This document shows, in pieces, positions 28,167 through 39,400 of a stretch of DNA of 64,000 nucleotides. The notes beneath the pieces were generated by a model that worked only from the letters and a program-made list of their open reading frames with translations, was not told the DNA's origin and did not search any database. The DNA comes from a virus. Both the position numbers and the translations under genes were made by a program. Positions within the stretch are counted from its first letter, which is position 1; every line of letters starts with the position of its first letter. Location: positions 102,717-166,716 of IMG/VR virus record IMGVR_UViG_3300035698_018106; one strand, 5' to 3'.

Positions 28167-28628
28167 TTAAATTTTTAATAGATTTTTTTTATAGATTTTT
28201 ATAATTCGCTCACATTTTTGTTTCCAATTAGGACTACCAAAAGAACTTATAGCTTTTGTTGGTGAACAATTTTTTAAAATCATTTTATTTTCTGTCCAAT
28301 CATCATCAATATGCCAAACGAAATTGTTTTCTTTTAGATAAGGCCATTTATTATCCATATTTGTAAAGTGCACTTTTTCTAATGGAAGTCCTATATCTTT
28401 AATAAGATCAAATAATTCAAAGTTAGTCTCATCAACATGATGTGTGGTATGATATTCAGCTTTATAAAGAGCATCATCACCAAATCTAGTTGTAGTAATC
28501 CATACATCATACCCTTTAATTATTAATTCCCTAGCATATTCTTTTATTGAAGGGAGTTCAATAGTGCCATCAAAATCAAATGATAAGCTAATATTTTTAT
28601 TTTCATTCATAGCGTTAAATATAACCAA
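28167..28628 (-). CDS. HAD-superfamily hydrolase (phosphatase)
   Basis: 153 aa. N-terminal SFDFDGTIE (DxDGT, the same motif as the T4 Pnkp phosphatase domain, DVDGT). Later HIDDD motif. Confidence 0.55.
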   Translation of the reverse strand: MVIFNAMNENKNISLSFDFDGTIELPSIKEYARELIIKGYDVWITTTRFGDDALYKAEYHTTHHVDETNFELFDLIKDIGLPLEKVHFTNMDNKWPYLKENNFVWHIDDDWTENKMILKNCSPTKAISSFGSPNWKQKCERIIKIYKKNLLKI

Positions 28629-28647
28629 AAAAATTAGACTAAAAAAG

Positions 28648-28678
28648 GGACATTATAATAATGTCCCTTTTTATTTTA
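28648..28678 (-). terminator. rho-independent terminator
   Basis: Stem GGGACATTA / TAATGTCCC (9 bp) with loop TAA, followed by TTTTTATTTT and preceded by AAAAAA. Confidence 0.7.
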
Positions 28679-28690
28679 TTTTGATAATTA

Positions 28691-29029
28691 TTATCCATGT
28701 ACTACGTAATCTCTAATAGCTCTGGCTCCTTTTTCTGTCATACGACTTTTTGAATCTCCATTATCATCAATATATTTTTCAAAGAAGCCATATTTTAACA
28801 TTATACCATAAAAACCAACAGCACCTTCTCTCATATCTACTATAACAGTCATTAATTCTGTATCAGTTAACACCGGAGTAGCATCCTTTATTAATTTTTG
28901 TTTAATTTTGCCTTCTATAATTTTTATTAACGATTCTTTATTAGCAAATGGAATACTAAGATATTCGTCAAATTCTCCATCTCTTATTCTCTGTTTAATT
29001 CCAGTTAAATATACATCTTTGCTTTCCAT
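28691..29029 (-). CDS. hypothetical protein
   Basis: 112-aa ORF. Confidence 0.45.
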   Translation of the reverse strand: MESKDVYLTGIKQRIRDGEFDEYLSIPFANKESLIKIIEGKIKQKLIKDATPVLTDTELMTVIVDMREGAVGFYGIMLKYGFFEKYIDDNGDSKSRMTEKGARAIRDYVVHG

Positions 29030-29159
29030 AGTTATTCATTTTATTTTATTTATGCAAGATATTTGTATATCAAGTATAAAAATAATGTTTTTAACAATAG
29101 CTTAACATCTTCATATTTAACTGATTTTTAACAATATTTATGAAACTTGTTCCAGAAAG

Positions 29160-29365
29160 TCCATATAAATATTACTTGAGCCCCGTGAAAAGTAATATCT
29201 TTATAGTATAAAGAAAAGAAAGCTGTTAAATAAATTTATTATTTCAGAAAGTTTAACTTAACTTTAACAACAGCTTGGAAACCAAGTTTTAAAAATCCAT
29301 ATAATAATTACTTGAGTTTTTGAAAAAAATGAAAAGTAATTTCTTAGTAAAGAAAAGAATTAAAG
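29160..29365. repeat. Two ~65-bp direct repeats (29160-29222 and 29296-29365), each containing an ATTACTT...AAGTAAT hairpin. A separate AGCTGTT...AACAGCT inverted repeat sits in the spacer. The whole element lies in a 345-bp non-coding region.
   Basis: The unit TCCATATAA(A/T)(T/A)ATTACTTGAG..AAAAGTAAT(A/T)TCTT..AGTA(T)AAAGAAAAGAA occurs twice, 136 bp apart. The spacer contains AGCTGTT(29221-29227)/AACAGCT(29269-29275) and a TTGGAAACCAA mini-hairpin. Confidence 0.7.
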
Positions 29366-29374
29366 AGAATATCT

Positions 29375-29998
29375 TTAAAACCCGAGCTTTTCTATTAGAG
29401 TTTCTATAACAAAATAACTATCTACTAAATCATCTATACCAGGCACGTAATTAGTTTTCTTTTTAAGAGTAGAAGGATCTGTTCTTAATAATTCATTTAA
29501 CTTATTATCTAACACTTTTTCAGAAAAAGCATTTATCATTGAATCCTTTCCTCTCTTATCCTTTCCTGCACAACCTGCAATAGATTTTATTGTTAATGGA
29601 GCGTATGTATATATATTCTCATACCCATAAAGTTCAGATAAACCTCGCACCAAAATATATCTATATCCTGCTAATTGTAATCCAGCATCTCCTTTAGATC
29701 CAAAAGAAGATCCTTCAAATCCTATAATAACTTTTTCATCACCTACTATATCTTTAACTTTATCTATTATTTTATCAGATAAAATAGATGCCATTTGAAC
29801 ATGATATCTAAATTTTTCTGAAGAATCTGTTCCTTTTGGTAATCGTTCTCTATTATCAATGTCAATATTAGCTCTTCCTAATATCTCTATAGATTTTTTA
29901 TCTAATTCTAATGGCCAAAATTTAAAACTCAATTTTCCATCTTTTAATATTGCACATGCAGTTTTATTACATGAAAAATCAAAACCGATATATATCAT
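29375..29998 (-). CDS. RuvC-like Holliday junction resolvase (RNase H fold)
   Basis: 207 aa. MIYIGFDFSCNKTACAIL (RuvC IILGIDPGSRVTGYGVI), VIIGFEGSSF (catalytic Glu region), TIKSIAGCAGKDKRGKDSM (RuvC VKQTVVGIGSAEKSQVQ) and C-terminal GIDDLVDSYFVIE (RuvC DAADALAIAI). Confidence 0.55.
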   Translation of the reverse strand: MIYIGFDFSCNKTACAILKDGKLSFKFWPLELDKKSIEILGRANIDIDNRERLPKGTDSSEKFRYHVQMASILSDKIIDKVKDIVGDEKVIIGFEGSSFGSKGDAGLQLAGYRYILVRGLSELYGYENIYTYAPLTIKSIAGCAGKDKRGKDSMINAFSEKVLDNKLNELLRTDPSTLKKKTNYVPGIDDLVDSYFVIETLIEKLGF

Positions 29999-30135
29999 AC
30001 TTTTTATTTTTAAATGTTTATAAATTATATAGAACCGTTGTAGAGTATACAGAGACGTATATCAGTTCTTTTGTTACATAAAGATTATAGTAATATATGA
30101 CTTAATAAAATCTATCACTAAATTAAATATTGTAT

Positions 30136-30468
30136 TTATTTTCCTAATGCAATACCTATTGCTGTTGTTACTAATCTACTTGTTAATAATTTACCAAATG
30201 TACCTTTTTGATCAATACCTAGAGCTTTACATATAGCTTTTCCTATTGAAGGACCAATTAATGCTCCAGCAGCTCCACCAATTAATCCACCAAGTAATCC
30301 TTCATCTAAATCTTCTCCTTTTTGGATTTTATCTAATATGATATCGTATGCTTTTTCGGCTTCATTTAATTCTTCAACCGATATATCTATATTTCTAAGA
30401 TCTTCTGCTTCAAATATTCTACTTGAAGAACTTAATTTAATTTCATTGTATGTTGGTAAATGTTGCAT
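30136..30468 (-). CDS. small glycine-zipper membrane protein
   Basis: 110 aa. C-terminal GLLGGLIGGAAGALIGPSIGKAICKALG, i.e. GxxxG repeats. Confidence 0.4.
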   Translation of the reverse strand: MQHLPTYNEIKLSSSSRIFEAEDLRNIDISVEELNEAEKAYDIILDKIQKGEDLDEGLLGGLIGGAAGALIGPSIGKAICKALGIDQKGTFGKLLTSRLVTTAIGIALGK

Positions 30469-30497
30469 GATCCTATTTTATTTTATATATTCGACTT

Positions 30498-31061
30498 TTA
30501 ATCTTTATATGTGTCTCCTGTTCTATTTTTTATCTTAAATCTATTATATCTTATACCTAAAGTGAATGTATTAAATTCTGCTGCAGTTGTTGCATAACTT
30601 ACCTCAAATTGAGATAAACCAGTTGGTACTATTTTTTCAAATTCAAATGCAACTAATTCAAACCCATGCATATCCAAAAAACTAACATACATAGGTGGCC
30701 AAAAAACATTACCTTCTTGATATTTTAAAAATTCTTGTATTTGTTCAAAAATAATCCAATATGTTATAAATCCTTCAGATAACTTAAAAGTTACATCTAA
30801 ATTCTTATCAAAAATAGCCTCTAATTCTTTTCCACCTTTATATCCAATTTCAAATTGAGATTGTTGTTGAATAAGAACATTTAAATCCATAGGAGGCATT
30901 GTAACACTTTGTATAGAAGCATTAAAAAAATCTTCTATAGTCTGATATGGTAATTTTAGACGTTTAATAATTGGTTCCCATTTAGTAACTACCGAAGGAT
31001 AGAAAAAATTTGGTGGGAACCAAATTGTAAACATATTAGATTTAGCATTTAATATTGGCAT
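30498..31061 (-). CDS. hypothetical virion or tail-associated protein
   Basis: 187-aa ORF. It is the first gene of the structural cluster, downstream of a 716-aa ORF (order and sizes reminiscent of a sheath/tube pair). Confidence 0.35.
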   Translation of the reverse strand: MPILNAKSNMFTIWFPPNFFYPSVVTKWEPIIKRLKLPYQTIEDFFNASIQSVTMPPMDLNVLIQQQSQFEIGYKGGKELEAIFDKNLDVTFKLSEGFITYWIIFEQIQEFLKYQEGNVFWPPMYVSFLDMHGFELVAFEFEKIVPTGLSQFEVSYATTAAEFNTFTLGIRYNRFKIKNRTGDTYKD

Positions 31062-31074
31062 AATTAATTAATTT

Positions 31075-33225
31075 TTATAAGCGGCTAGCTAATTTTTTAT
31101 TTGGGTTAATTTTAGGCGTTGCAACTTTAGTTCCTCTCATTCTTTGATAATCAACTTTAATAATTTCTTTAGCTGGAAGAACAGGTTTAGTTGGTTTTCT
31201 TGGTTTCTTAATTGTAGGTTGAACTTTTTCTAATGTATTATTTGTTATTGTTAAGGCTAAATTTTCTTTTTCTAATATATTAATTCTGTCAGCTAACTCT
31301 TTTTCTTTAGTTGAAACCTGTTTTGTATTATCTTTCACTGGTTGTTTTGTTAAAGTAGAATTTTTATTAACTGTACTAATTTCTGAATTTCCTTTTTTAT
31401 TAGCTTTATCGGTATCTAATTCTTTTTGTAGATTACTATTAGATGCTTTCGCTGTAACTAATTGTTTATTTAATTGAGCTATTACTTGTTGGTAATTTTG
31501 TTTAGAAGTATTTTCTTCGTTTTTATCTTGTAAACTACTAAAAACTCCTTCATAAAAAGCATAACTTGTCCCATTAGGATTCTTAACCAAAATAGAGAAA
31601 TTATTATTAGTTTGACTTAATAAATTAGCTATTTGATTTTTAGATAATTTAAATTCTAATTCCCCTAAAGCAGTATTCATATTAGTAGAATATGTAGGAA
31701 CTATATTAATTTCAGAATTGTCAGCTAATACAAATGATAACTCATAATTATAAGCACCAGATAAATCTACATTTTCTCTTTGTGAAGCTGTTTCATTATA
31801 TTTTTCAAATTTAAATTTATATAAAGAATCAGTTTGTTTAAAATAAAGTTGTCCTGTACCTTGTTCATATATAACATTTTCTTCATTATATACAATATTT
31901 GTAGTATCAAAAAATACCTTTGTAAATTTAGTTTGTATTGGACCACCACCTGCTAATATATTAGCTTGTTCAGGCTCTAGTTTATTAAATACTTTATAAG
32001 GTAATATATTATCTACATTAATTCTCTGAAATTTAAGTCCGTATTTTTTAGGATCTACAGAAGAAAAACTAGCTCTTCTAATAATTTGGGATCCATCCAT
32101 TCTATTACTTAATCTACATACATATTGAATAGTATAGCTTGAGTCTATATCAGAATTTCTTAAAACAGGTCTAAAATAATTAGGTATACTAAAATTAGAA
32201 TCTTGAGTAAACGAGAATTGCTGATTTAGTATACTAGAATTTCCATAATGTTCATAAATATATAATTCATGAATGACTACCCATTTAGCTGTTTCAGAGC
32301 CATATATATTAGAAAATTCTTCATAATTATCATTAGGATTATTAGAAGTATATAATGGTATTCTCCCGCTTTCTATATCTCCCATTACTTCTCCAATAAT
32401 ATTATCATTCCATGTAGCATAAAATTCTATAAAATCACCTGCTGTTGATTCTAATATAAGAGCATTAAAACTATCTGCTACACTAGTAACTGGTAAATTT
32501 AAAGATACTTTTTCTGGTAAGGTAAATGTATTATCATCAGTTGTTGGATCAGCTTGAACTGTAGGAACAGTACTATATGTAATAAATACATCTGATAAAG
32601 GGGCGATGCCTAATAATTGACCTAAAGATGTATCATATATTCCGGGTGTTCCAGCTGATTCATTTCCTAAATCATAAATAGATGGTATTTTAAATTCTAT
32701 ATATTTGTCATAAAATCGATTTCCTAAATATAAAGATTGAGAAGAAAATTTTACTACATCTGCACTTCCTAATGCATCTGGTTGTTTAATATAAGTAAAA
32801 TTAGAAAGATCAACTAAATCATCATCATCATCTTCTGCTCTTACTTGTAAAAGAAAACCAGCTATATCATCAAAATTATAACCAGATATTACATGTAATT
32901 TAATTGTATCATGTGCATATTCATTTGTATTAACGGCTATAGAAGAATCAAAAAATTGAAAACTTTGATTGGGATATGTATAATTATTAAACCATATACT
33001 TCTATCAACATCTGTCGCAATTGAATTTAATTCTAAAATATTATTAGTTGATCCTAATGCATATCCTTTATTATTATTAAAAAATTGTTTAACTCCAGAA
33101 GTTGTCTCAGCAACAACCGGACCCATATTAGATATATCTAATTGTTCACCATCTCTACTAAATTCATATTCTAAAAGAAGAAAATCATTTATTTGTACAT
33201 ATTTACTTATATTTTGAATAGCCAT
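31075..33225 (-). CDS. structural protein with an N-terminal beta-rich region, a C-terminal coiled coil and a Lys-rich tail
   Basis: 716 aa. Heptad-like sequence ...IAQLNKQLVTAKASNSNLQKELD...ELADRINILEKENLALT..., then KKPRKPTKPVLPAK. Confidence 0.45.
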   Translation of the reverse strand: MAIQNISKYVQINDFLLLEYEFSRDGEQLDISNMGPVVAETTSGVKQFFNNNKGYALGSTNNILELNSIATDVDRSIWFNNYTYPNQSFQFFDSSIAVNTNEYAHDTIKLHVISGYNFDDIAGFLLQVRAEDDDDDLVDLSNFTYIKQPDALGSADVVKFSSQSLYLGNRFYDKYIEFKIPSIYDLGNESAGTPGIYDTSLGQLLGIAPLSDVFITYSTVPTVQADPTTDDNTFTLPEKVSLNLPVTSVADSFNALILESTAGDFIEFYATWNDNIIGEVMGDIESGRIPLYTSNNPNDNYEEFSNIYGSETAKWVVIHELYIYEHYGNSSILNQQFSFTQDSNFSIPNYFRPVLRNSDIDSSYTIQYVCRLSNRMDGSQIIRRASFSSVDPKKYGLKFQRINVDNILPYKVFNKLEPEQANILAGGGPIQTKFTKVFFDTTNIVYNEENVIYEQGTGQLYFKQTDSLYKFKFEKYNETASQRENVDLSGAYNYELSFVLADNSEINIVPTYSTNMNTALGELEFKLSKNQIANLLSQTNNNFSILVKNPNGTSYAFYEGVFSSLQDKNEENTSKQNYQQVIAQLNKQLVTAKASNSNLQKELDTDKANKKGNSEISTVNKNSTLTKQPVKDNTKQVSTKEKELADRINILEKENLALTITNNTLEKVQPTIKKPRKPTKPVLPAKEIIKVDYQRMRGTKVATPKINPNKKLASRL

Positions 33226-33243
33226 TGTTTATTCTTTATTTTT

Positions 33244-34056
33244 TTACCATTTAAAAAGATTATAATTTATTCCAAATCCTATTATTAAAGTTGGTTGTTG
33301 ATTAATAAAATCATATCCCATACTAAATGATGGACCTATACCAAAACCTTTAAACCAACCACCTCCTGATTTATCATAATCAACATAAGTTCCTTCTAAT
33401 AATTTGGCTTTAAAAGCAGGATGGGAAGTTCTAGCAAATATTTTTATTTTATCACCTTCATATTTTTGACCCCATTCAAAGTCCATTTTAGATTCTCTAT
33501 TAGTGATAAATGATTTTTTATGATTAATAGAAATTTCTGGAAGATAATTTTTTGGAGCATTTATTCCTATTATTGTAGTACCTTTATAAATATCATATGT
33601 TATTTTTGTTGTATCGTAATAATAAGCTAATTTCCAATCTATACTCCAAGTAGAATCATTTAATTTTTTTGGTTTTTCATATTCTGATTTTAATTTATTA
33701 AAAGCTTTTTGAAGATCATCTTTATCTTGATTTAAATTAAAAATCATCCTTGAATATGTTATAACCTTTCCTTTTTCCTTATTAACTTGTTCTGCTAAAT
33801 CTGAATTAAGTTTTTCTAACTCATCTATTCCAGCTTCAAAACCACCAACAGATGCTTCCATTTTATCTGATTTAGTTTTAATCATTTTAACCGAATCATT
33901 TAAAACTTCTATATTTCTTTCAGTACGATGTATAGTCTCCTTTAATTCTGAATTTTTGTTGCATGTATTTAAGAAAAATATAGCTAATGATAATATTACA
34001 ATATATCCGAATATTTTACTATTAACAAACTCCCAAATTATTTTTAATGTTTTCAT
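33244..34056 (-). CDS. membrane-anchored protein with a coiled coil and a C-terminal beta domain
   Basis: 270 aa. N-terminal hydrophobic helix IFGYIVILSLAIFFLNTC, then a coiled coil. Confidence 0.4.
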   Translation of the reverse strand: MKTLKIIWEFVNSKIFGYIVILSLAIFFLNTCNKNSELKETIHRTERNIEVLNDSVKMIKTKSDKMEASVGGFEAGIDELEKLNSDLAEQVNKEKGKVITYSRMIFNLNQDKDDLQKAFNKLKSEYEKPKKLNDSTWSIDWKLAYYYDTTKITYDIYKGTTIIGINAPKNYLPEISINHKKSFITNRESKMDFEWGQKYEGDKIKIFARTSHPAFKAKLLEGTYVDYDKSGGGWFKGFGIGPSFSMGYDFINQQPTLIIGFGINYNLFKW

Positions 34057-34067
34057 AATTTAATTTT

Positions 34068-34508
34068 TTATCCAATTGATGTGTCATCTATATCTACTAT
34101 TAATACTTCATGTTCTTCTGCTATTTTAGGAACTCTTATATAAGTTTCATTAGTTTGTAAACCTGTAGATGGATCTATAATAGGATCATTAGTAGATGGA
34201 TCAAATAAAGGTCTGATGCCTGTTACATCACTAATAATGATATTTTTAATCTTTTCATTTGCAAACATTAAGATATCACCACCATCTATATCTCTTAAAT
34301 ATTGAAAATATTGATTATCTGGTATTATATCTAAAATATTTAAGTTATCTCGTTCTTTTTTTAAATATGCATCCTTTGAAACATATTTTTTTGTATTAAT
34401 CTTAACTGAATTGCTATTCATATCAACACTGTAACCTATGCGTATATAAACTTGATTAATTATTACCCCTCCTAATATACTAATCTCTTTTTCTATTAAT
34501 AATGCCAT
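34068..34508 (-). CDS. hypothetical protein
   Basis: 146-aa ORF. Confidence 0.4.
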   Translation of the reverse strand: MALLIEKEISILGGVIINQVYIRIGYSVDMNSNSVKINTKKYVSKDAYLKKERDNLNILDIIPDNQYFQYLRDIDGGDILMFANEKIKNIIISDVTGIRPLFDPSTNDPIIDPSTGLQTNETYIRVPKIAEEHEVLIVDIDDTSIG

Positions 34509-34536
34509 AATTTTTTAATTTTTAATTTTTAAATAT

Positions 34537-36426
34537 TTAAACTGTTTCTTTAAATGAGTTAGGATCTATTAATGTATCTGATGTACTAACAACATACCAC
34601 CCATTTATAACTCCTGATGGGGAACCACCATTCCATATAAGCTTAGCATGGTAGTGTCTTGTACCTACTAAACTTGAACTCCATTGATATATTGTTGTTG
34701 TCCCTGATTTAATATTAATATTCATAGGATTTCCTGAATCCTCAATGGCTTCTAACATAATATCAACTTCAAATGGTATATTAGATAATGTAAAATTAGT
34801 TAAATCTATATTATAAATCTTAGTTCCTTCATAATCATTAATTAATCTATAATTAAGAAATCTTCTTTTTAATGGTGTATTTGTTGTAGAGGAACTAACT
34901 GAAACATCTATAGAATAATTTGCTTCATCTATATATTTATCTGCTTTTGTGACATCTTCTAGATATATATCACCGCCATTTGAATCAATATAAACTCCTT
35001 TATCACCATCTATGTTAATGAATCCATCGCCGGCGTTTATGTTAATATTAGCTACATTATCTGCATCATTTGTAATACCTGTTAATATATTGATATCTCC
35101 TGCCTTTGATGCACTTTCTTGGGTATTACCATCTCCACCTGCCCCTGAAACTATATTTATATCTCCTCCACTTCCAACATATGTATTACTTCCTATAGAA
35201 TCTCCACCAGGTCCGGCGATAATGTCAATATCTGAACCTTTACCTGCTGATGAATCATCCGCATACGCATAACCACCTATACCACCTAATAATGATATAG
35301 TTCCTGTTCCGCCTCCAGTATCTGCATTACTATATACACTACCTCCATTACCTGCAATCAATGTTACGGCTCCTGATTTTTTAGCAGTACCAATAACACT
35401 TCTATTGGCAGCAGATCCTGATGTTATTAAAATATCTCCGCCAGCTCCCTCTGTTGAAAAAACACTCCCAGATCCTGAAGATGTTATATTAATTGATCTA
35501 GCAATAGTAGATTCTGAAATAAAATTTATATCTAGATTACCTGATATTGATGATTTTAAATCACCTTCTAATATAATATTTCCATCAACACTTACATCAG
35601 CAGTAATATATGCATTGGTAATAATAGCAGTATTACTAACATTAATATTATTATCAAAAACTGCATTGTTAATAACACTTAAATCATTATTAATAATTAA
35701 ATCATTATTAATATATGAATCTCCAATAATATTAACATGTTTAAAATCTAAGGTTAAACTAACATCTCTGACTAAACCAGTATCTGTAGTATTTCCTAAT
35801 CTCCAATGACTTATATTTGAATGTTCTTTAACTAATGCTATAGCACCTTCAGGTTTTGCAATATCATTGGTATTTGACCATATTGAATATGGATGATAAT
35901 AATTATCATTTACACCTATAGAATTATCTACATATTTGATTTGAGCATAATCAACAGCTCCTATACCATATATACCATTTCCTGATTGAGGAGATAATGC
36001 ATAATTATTAATAGTTCCAGATACATATACATTGTCAACTAAAAATTTCTCTGTTGAATAAGAATTTGAATATCTTATGAATTCTGGTAAACTTTCTGTC
36101 TCTGTACCTTCAACAAAAATGGTGCTAGTATTTAATCTTGAACCAGTTGTAGAATATAATAATGTGGCATTTAAATCTATTTCATATACCCTTCCATTAA
36201 CATCCACAAATAAATCTCCAGTTTGATATTTTCTATCTGGATATCCAGGAATATAATCAGCAGATTGAAAAAGAATTTGATTATTTGCTATTTTTATACT
36301 TAATTGTGTAGTATCAACAGCCCCATCAAATTCTGAGAAATAGGTAGATATACCTAATAAACCATTTGAACCATCGGCTCCTTGCGTTCCATATCCAGGT
36401 AATCCAGGTGCATATATATATTTCAT
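34537..36426 (-). CDS. tail-fibre-like protein with an N-terminal collagen-like Gly-X-Y run and a Gly-rich beta-helix repeat region
   Basis: 629 aa. N-terminal APGLPGYGTQGADGSNGLLG (6 G-X-Y triplets). Central GSGSVFSTEGAGGDILITSGSAANRSVIGTAKKSGAVTLIAGNGGSVYSNADTGGGTGTISLLGGIGGYAYADD... with periodic repeats. Confidence 0.5.
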   Translation of the reverse strand: MKYIYAPGLPGYGTQGADGSNGLLGISTYFSEFDGAVDTTQLSIKIANNQILFQSADYIPGYPDRKYQTGDLFVDVNGRVYEIDLNATLLYSTTGSRLNTSTIFVEGTETESLPEFIRYSNSYSTEKFLVDNVYVSGTINNYALSPQSGNGIYGIGAVDYAQIKYVDNSIGVNDNYYHPYSIWSNTNDIAKPEGAIALVKEHSNISHWRLGNTTDTGLVRDVSLTLDFKHVNIIGDSYINNDLIINNDLSVINNAVFDNNINVSNTAIITNAYITADVSVDGNIILEGDLKSSISGNLDINFISESTIARSINITSSGSGSVFSTEGAGGDILITSGSAANRSVIGTAKKSGAVTLIAGNGGSVYSNADTGGGTGTISLLGGIGGYAYADDSSAGKGSDIDIIAGPGGDSIGSNTYVGSGGDINIVSGAGGDGNTQESASKAGDINILTGITNDADNVANININAGDGFINIDGDKGVYIDSNGGDIYLEDVTKADKYIDEANYSIDVSVSSSTTNTPLKRRFLNYRLINDYEGTKIYNIDLTNFTLSNIPFEVDIMLEAIEDSGNPMNINIKSGTTTIYQWSSSLVGTRHYHAKLIWNGGSPSGVINGWYVVSTSDTLIDPNSFKETV

Positions 36427-36435
36427 AATTATATT

Positions 36436-39400
36436 TTATTTTTTATTAAATGTAAATGTTGTAAAAAACGATTTATTAATATCCTTTGGAATTGATATTT
36501 TGTAAATATACTCATCATTTATTAATGATAAAGAAGATTTAAAATTTTCATATTTTTCTTTAAATTGATCATCTTTGTTATAAGCTAATATCTCTGCATT
36601 AAACAATTTAGATAATACCTCTATATCTATTTTATTTATAGAAATATTATAAGTATTAAGTACTGTTTTAATTATATATCTATTAATAATATCATCAGAT
36701 ACATTTGGTAAATTATTCCAATTTTCAATGAATTTTATAGTAGATGTAAATAAATCAAGAATAGTTTTAGTTAAGTTATATTCTAAAATATATTCGTCTT
36801 CTAGTGTATTTAAATTTGTATTACTAGAATTCCATTTATCTAATATTAATTGGTCTGGTAATGAAATAGTTTTAGATCCAAAGAATGAAGGTAGTTCTAG
36901 AGATGAGTTAAATCCATCTACATAACTATCAATTGTATTTGTATCTAATTTATAATAATCTCCATCCCATAATGATAGAAAAGGACTTCTATTAGTTAAA
37001 AATGCAATATTATTTGATGTATCATTAACTCTAACCTTATCAACAACTTTATTATGCCAATATTGTGTTATTCCATTATATGATAAAGTATTTGTATTTG
37101 ATAAAATAAAATCCTTTTCAACTATGTTAATTAACTCCGATGCTTCATTATTACCAAAATTTAAAATATTATTAAAAATAGGTTTAAACCCTCCATTATG
37201 TATATAAATTCCTATTTCAGTGTTATTGTTAGAAATTAAATATTTAATAGGTTCATATAATGTTATCTCCATTGGTTTATCAGGGAAAGATTCTGAATCT
37301 ATAATATTATCTTCTTGAATAACATAATATTGAACATTATTATTATCAATGATATCTTTAATTAAATCCATATCACATGTAGTATCTTTGTAAAAATTTT
37401 CATTATTACTGTAATTATAACCAACATTCACTATACTATCATTATAACTAACCGAATCTTTATTATAATTGTAATTAATATTTTTTTGATTAAATGATGA
37501 AAAGGATTCTAATCCAAAATTAAATATTCCATTATTAACCTCATTAACAGATGTAGAATACGCATTAAATATACTATTTGTTTTATCAACTGGTTGATAA
37601 TTAAATTGTGCAAATGGTGAACATATACTAGAATCATAATATAAAGAAGTATCATATATATTTTTTATAGTTGTTGAAATACTAGCAGTATTTACTATAA
37701 AAGGTGATTTGATATAAGAATATTTAGATTCAGATGAATTAAATCCTGTAAAATTCTTATTATTTATTGAATTTTCATCAATTAGAATATTTTTTCCACC
37801 AACCTTTGTACTATATCTAGTATTATAATTCATAGAATCATTTCCTTGATACCATATTATTAAAACAGTTTGTGTATTTTCGTTAATTATAATCTCCATA
37901 GGAAGATTACTTTTCATATTTATAGATGGCGAAGATATCATTGAAAATTTATATCTATCCCAATTATTTACGTTCAATAATTTTTCTCCTGATGATGTAA
38001 CAGCTATTCCTAAACGCAATCCTTTGATTAATGATATCACTTGATTTTCATATAAACTATAATATAATATAGAAGATCTCACACTAGTACCTTCTACATC
38101 ATTATTTGTATATAACATTTTAGAAAAAATATCAACATAAGGATTATCAAATATAAGGTCTCTCAGAGTACTTCTGTTACCATTAGATTCAATTACATCA
38201 TTAATGTCATAGTATATATAATCTTTCCAATTATCTTCATCAGATGATAAGTATTTAAAAACAGGATATGATATTTCTGAATTATATGTTGATATATCAC
38301 TAGCCGCTAAGAAATTAGAATATTTTCCAGATGCATTATAACTATACATATTATTAGATAACATTAATCTCATTTCATTACTTCTTACATCATCACCTAA
38401 ACCACTCCATTTTGAAACGGTAGGTACTACTAATCCATATTTTAAATTCCTTTTATATGTAGATGAATCATAATAATCATCTATATTTTCTTCAGATCTA
38501 TTACTTCTATATGATGTATAATTATGAGATCCATCAATTTGGTTATATGTAATAGTAGTTTCAGCGTATGTATTAATATTTGCATCTCCAAAAAATGTAT
38601 TAAATGGAAATGGTTCTATATTGGCGTTAAACGTAAATGTAGAATTATCTATGGTACATGTACCTTGTCCTTTTGTTATTTCAAATGAATTTCTTTTATT
38701 TAATGTGATTGTTTCACTAGTATTTAATTCTATTTTATATGTGTCTAAATCTGTTTCTCTTGTATTCCAGTATTTACTTTTGAAATCCATATCTGTTGAT
38801 AAAGAATCATAAACAGTAAAATCAAAATCTTTAACAGGATTAATACCCATTAATGATACAGATATTGGATATACATCATATCCCCATAATTTTGATTCTT
38901 TATCTAATTTAATTAGATTACTTGATAATAATAAACATTTATTCTCACTTGATAATGGATCTTCTACTTTAAAAAATTCATGATTTTGAACTCCTGTACT
39001 TATATCAAACTTCATAAATAACCTATTCCAATTATCATAAGATGTATATAACATGTTATCTGTAAAATATTCACTTATTGAAGAATCAATAGAATATGTA
39101 TATAAATTTTTCGCATTGATTAATCCTAATGTAATAGACATTCTATCTCCATATAACTCTAAATCTATAGGACCATATGAGGAGTCACTTAATATTCTAG
39201 TAAAATCCGAAGCATCTGGAGTAAAAGATCTATAAAATGATATATCAGAAGGTGTAGCTGTACCATTAAATGTACTATTAACATCTCCTATATTAAATGC
39301 AATTTGTGACGTAATTCTTTGAAATAAATAATCATCACCATTATCATCTATTTCTATAGATAATCCATCTTCTTTAACAACTATTACATTAAAAGGATTA

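Noticed and set aside
29030-29374. tRNA genes in this or other intergenic regions
   Set aside because: No GTTCGAAT/GGTTCGA T-arm or cloverleaf-compatible arrangement was found in any intergenic segment. The hairpins present have 7-bp stems with large A/T loops, not tRNA geometry. A tRNAscan run would be the definitive check.
31075-33225. Tail sheath (gp18) and tail tube (gp19) identities for the 716-aa and 187-aa ORFs, suggested by order and size
   Set aside because: The 716-aa protein ends in a long coiled coil and a Lys-rich tail, unlike sheath C-terminal domains. No conserved sheath or tube motifs could be verified by eye. They are left as unassigned structural proteins.
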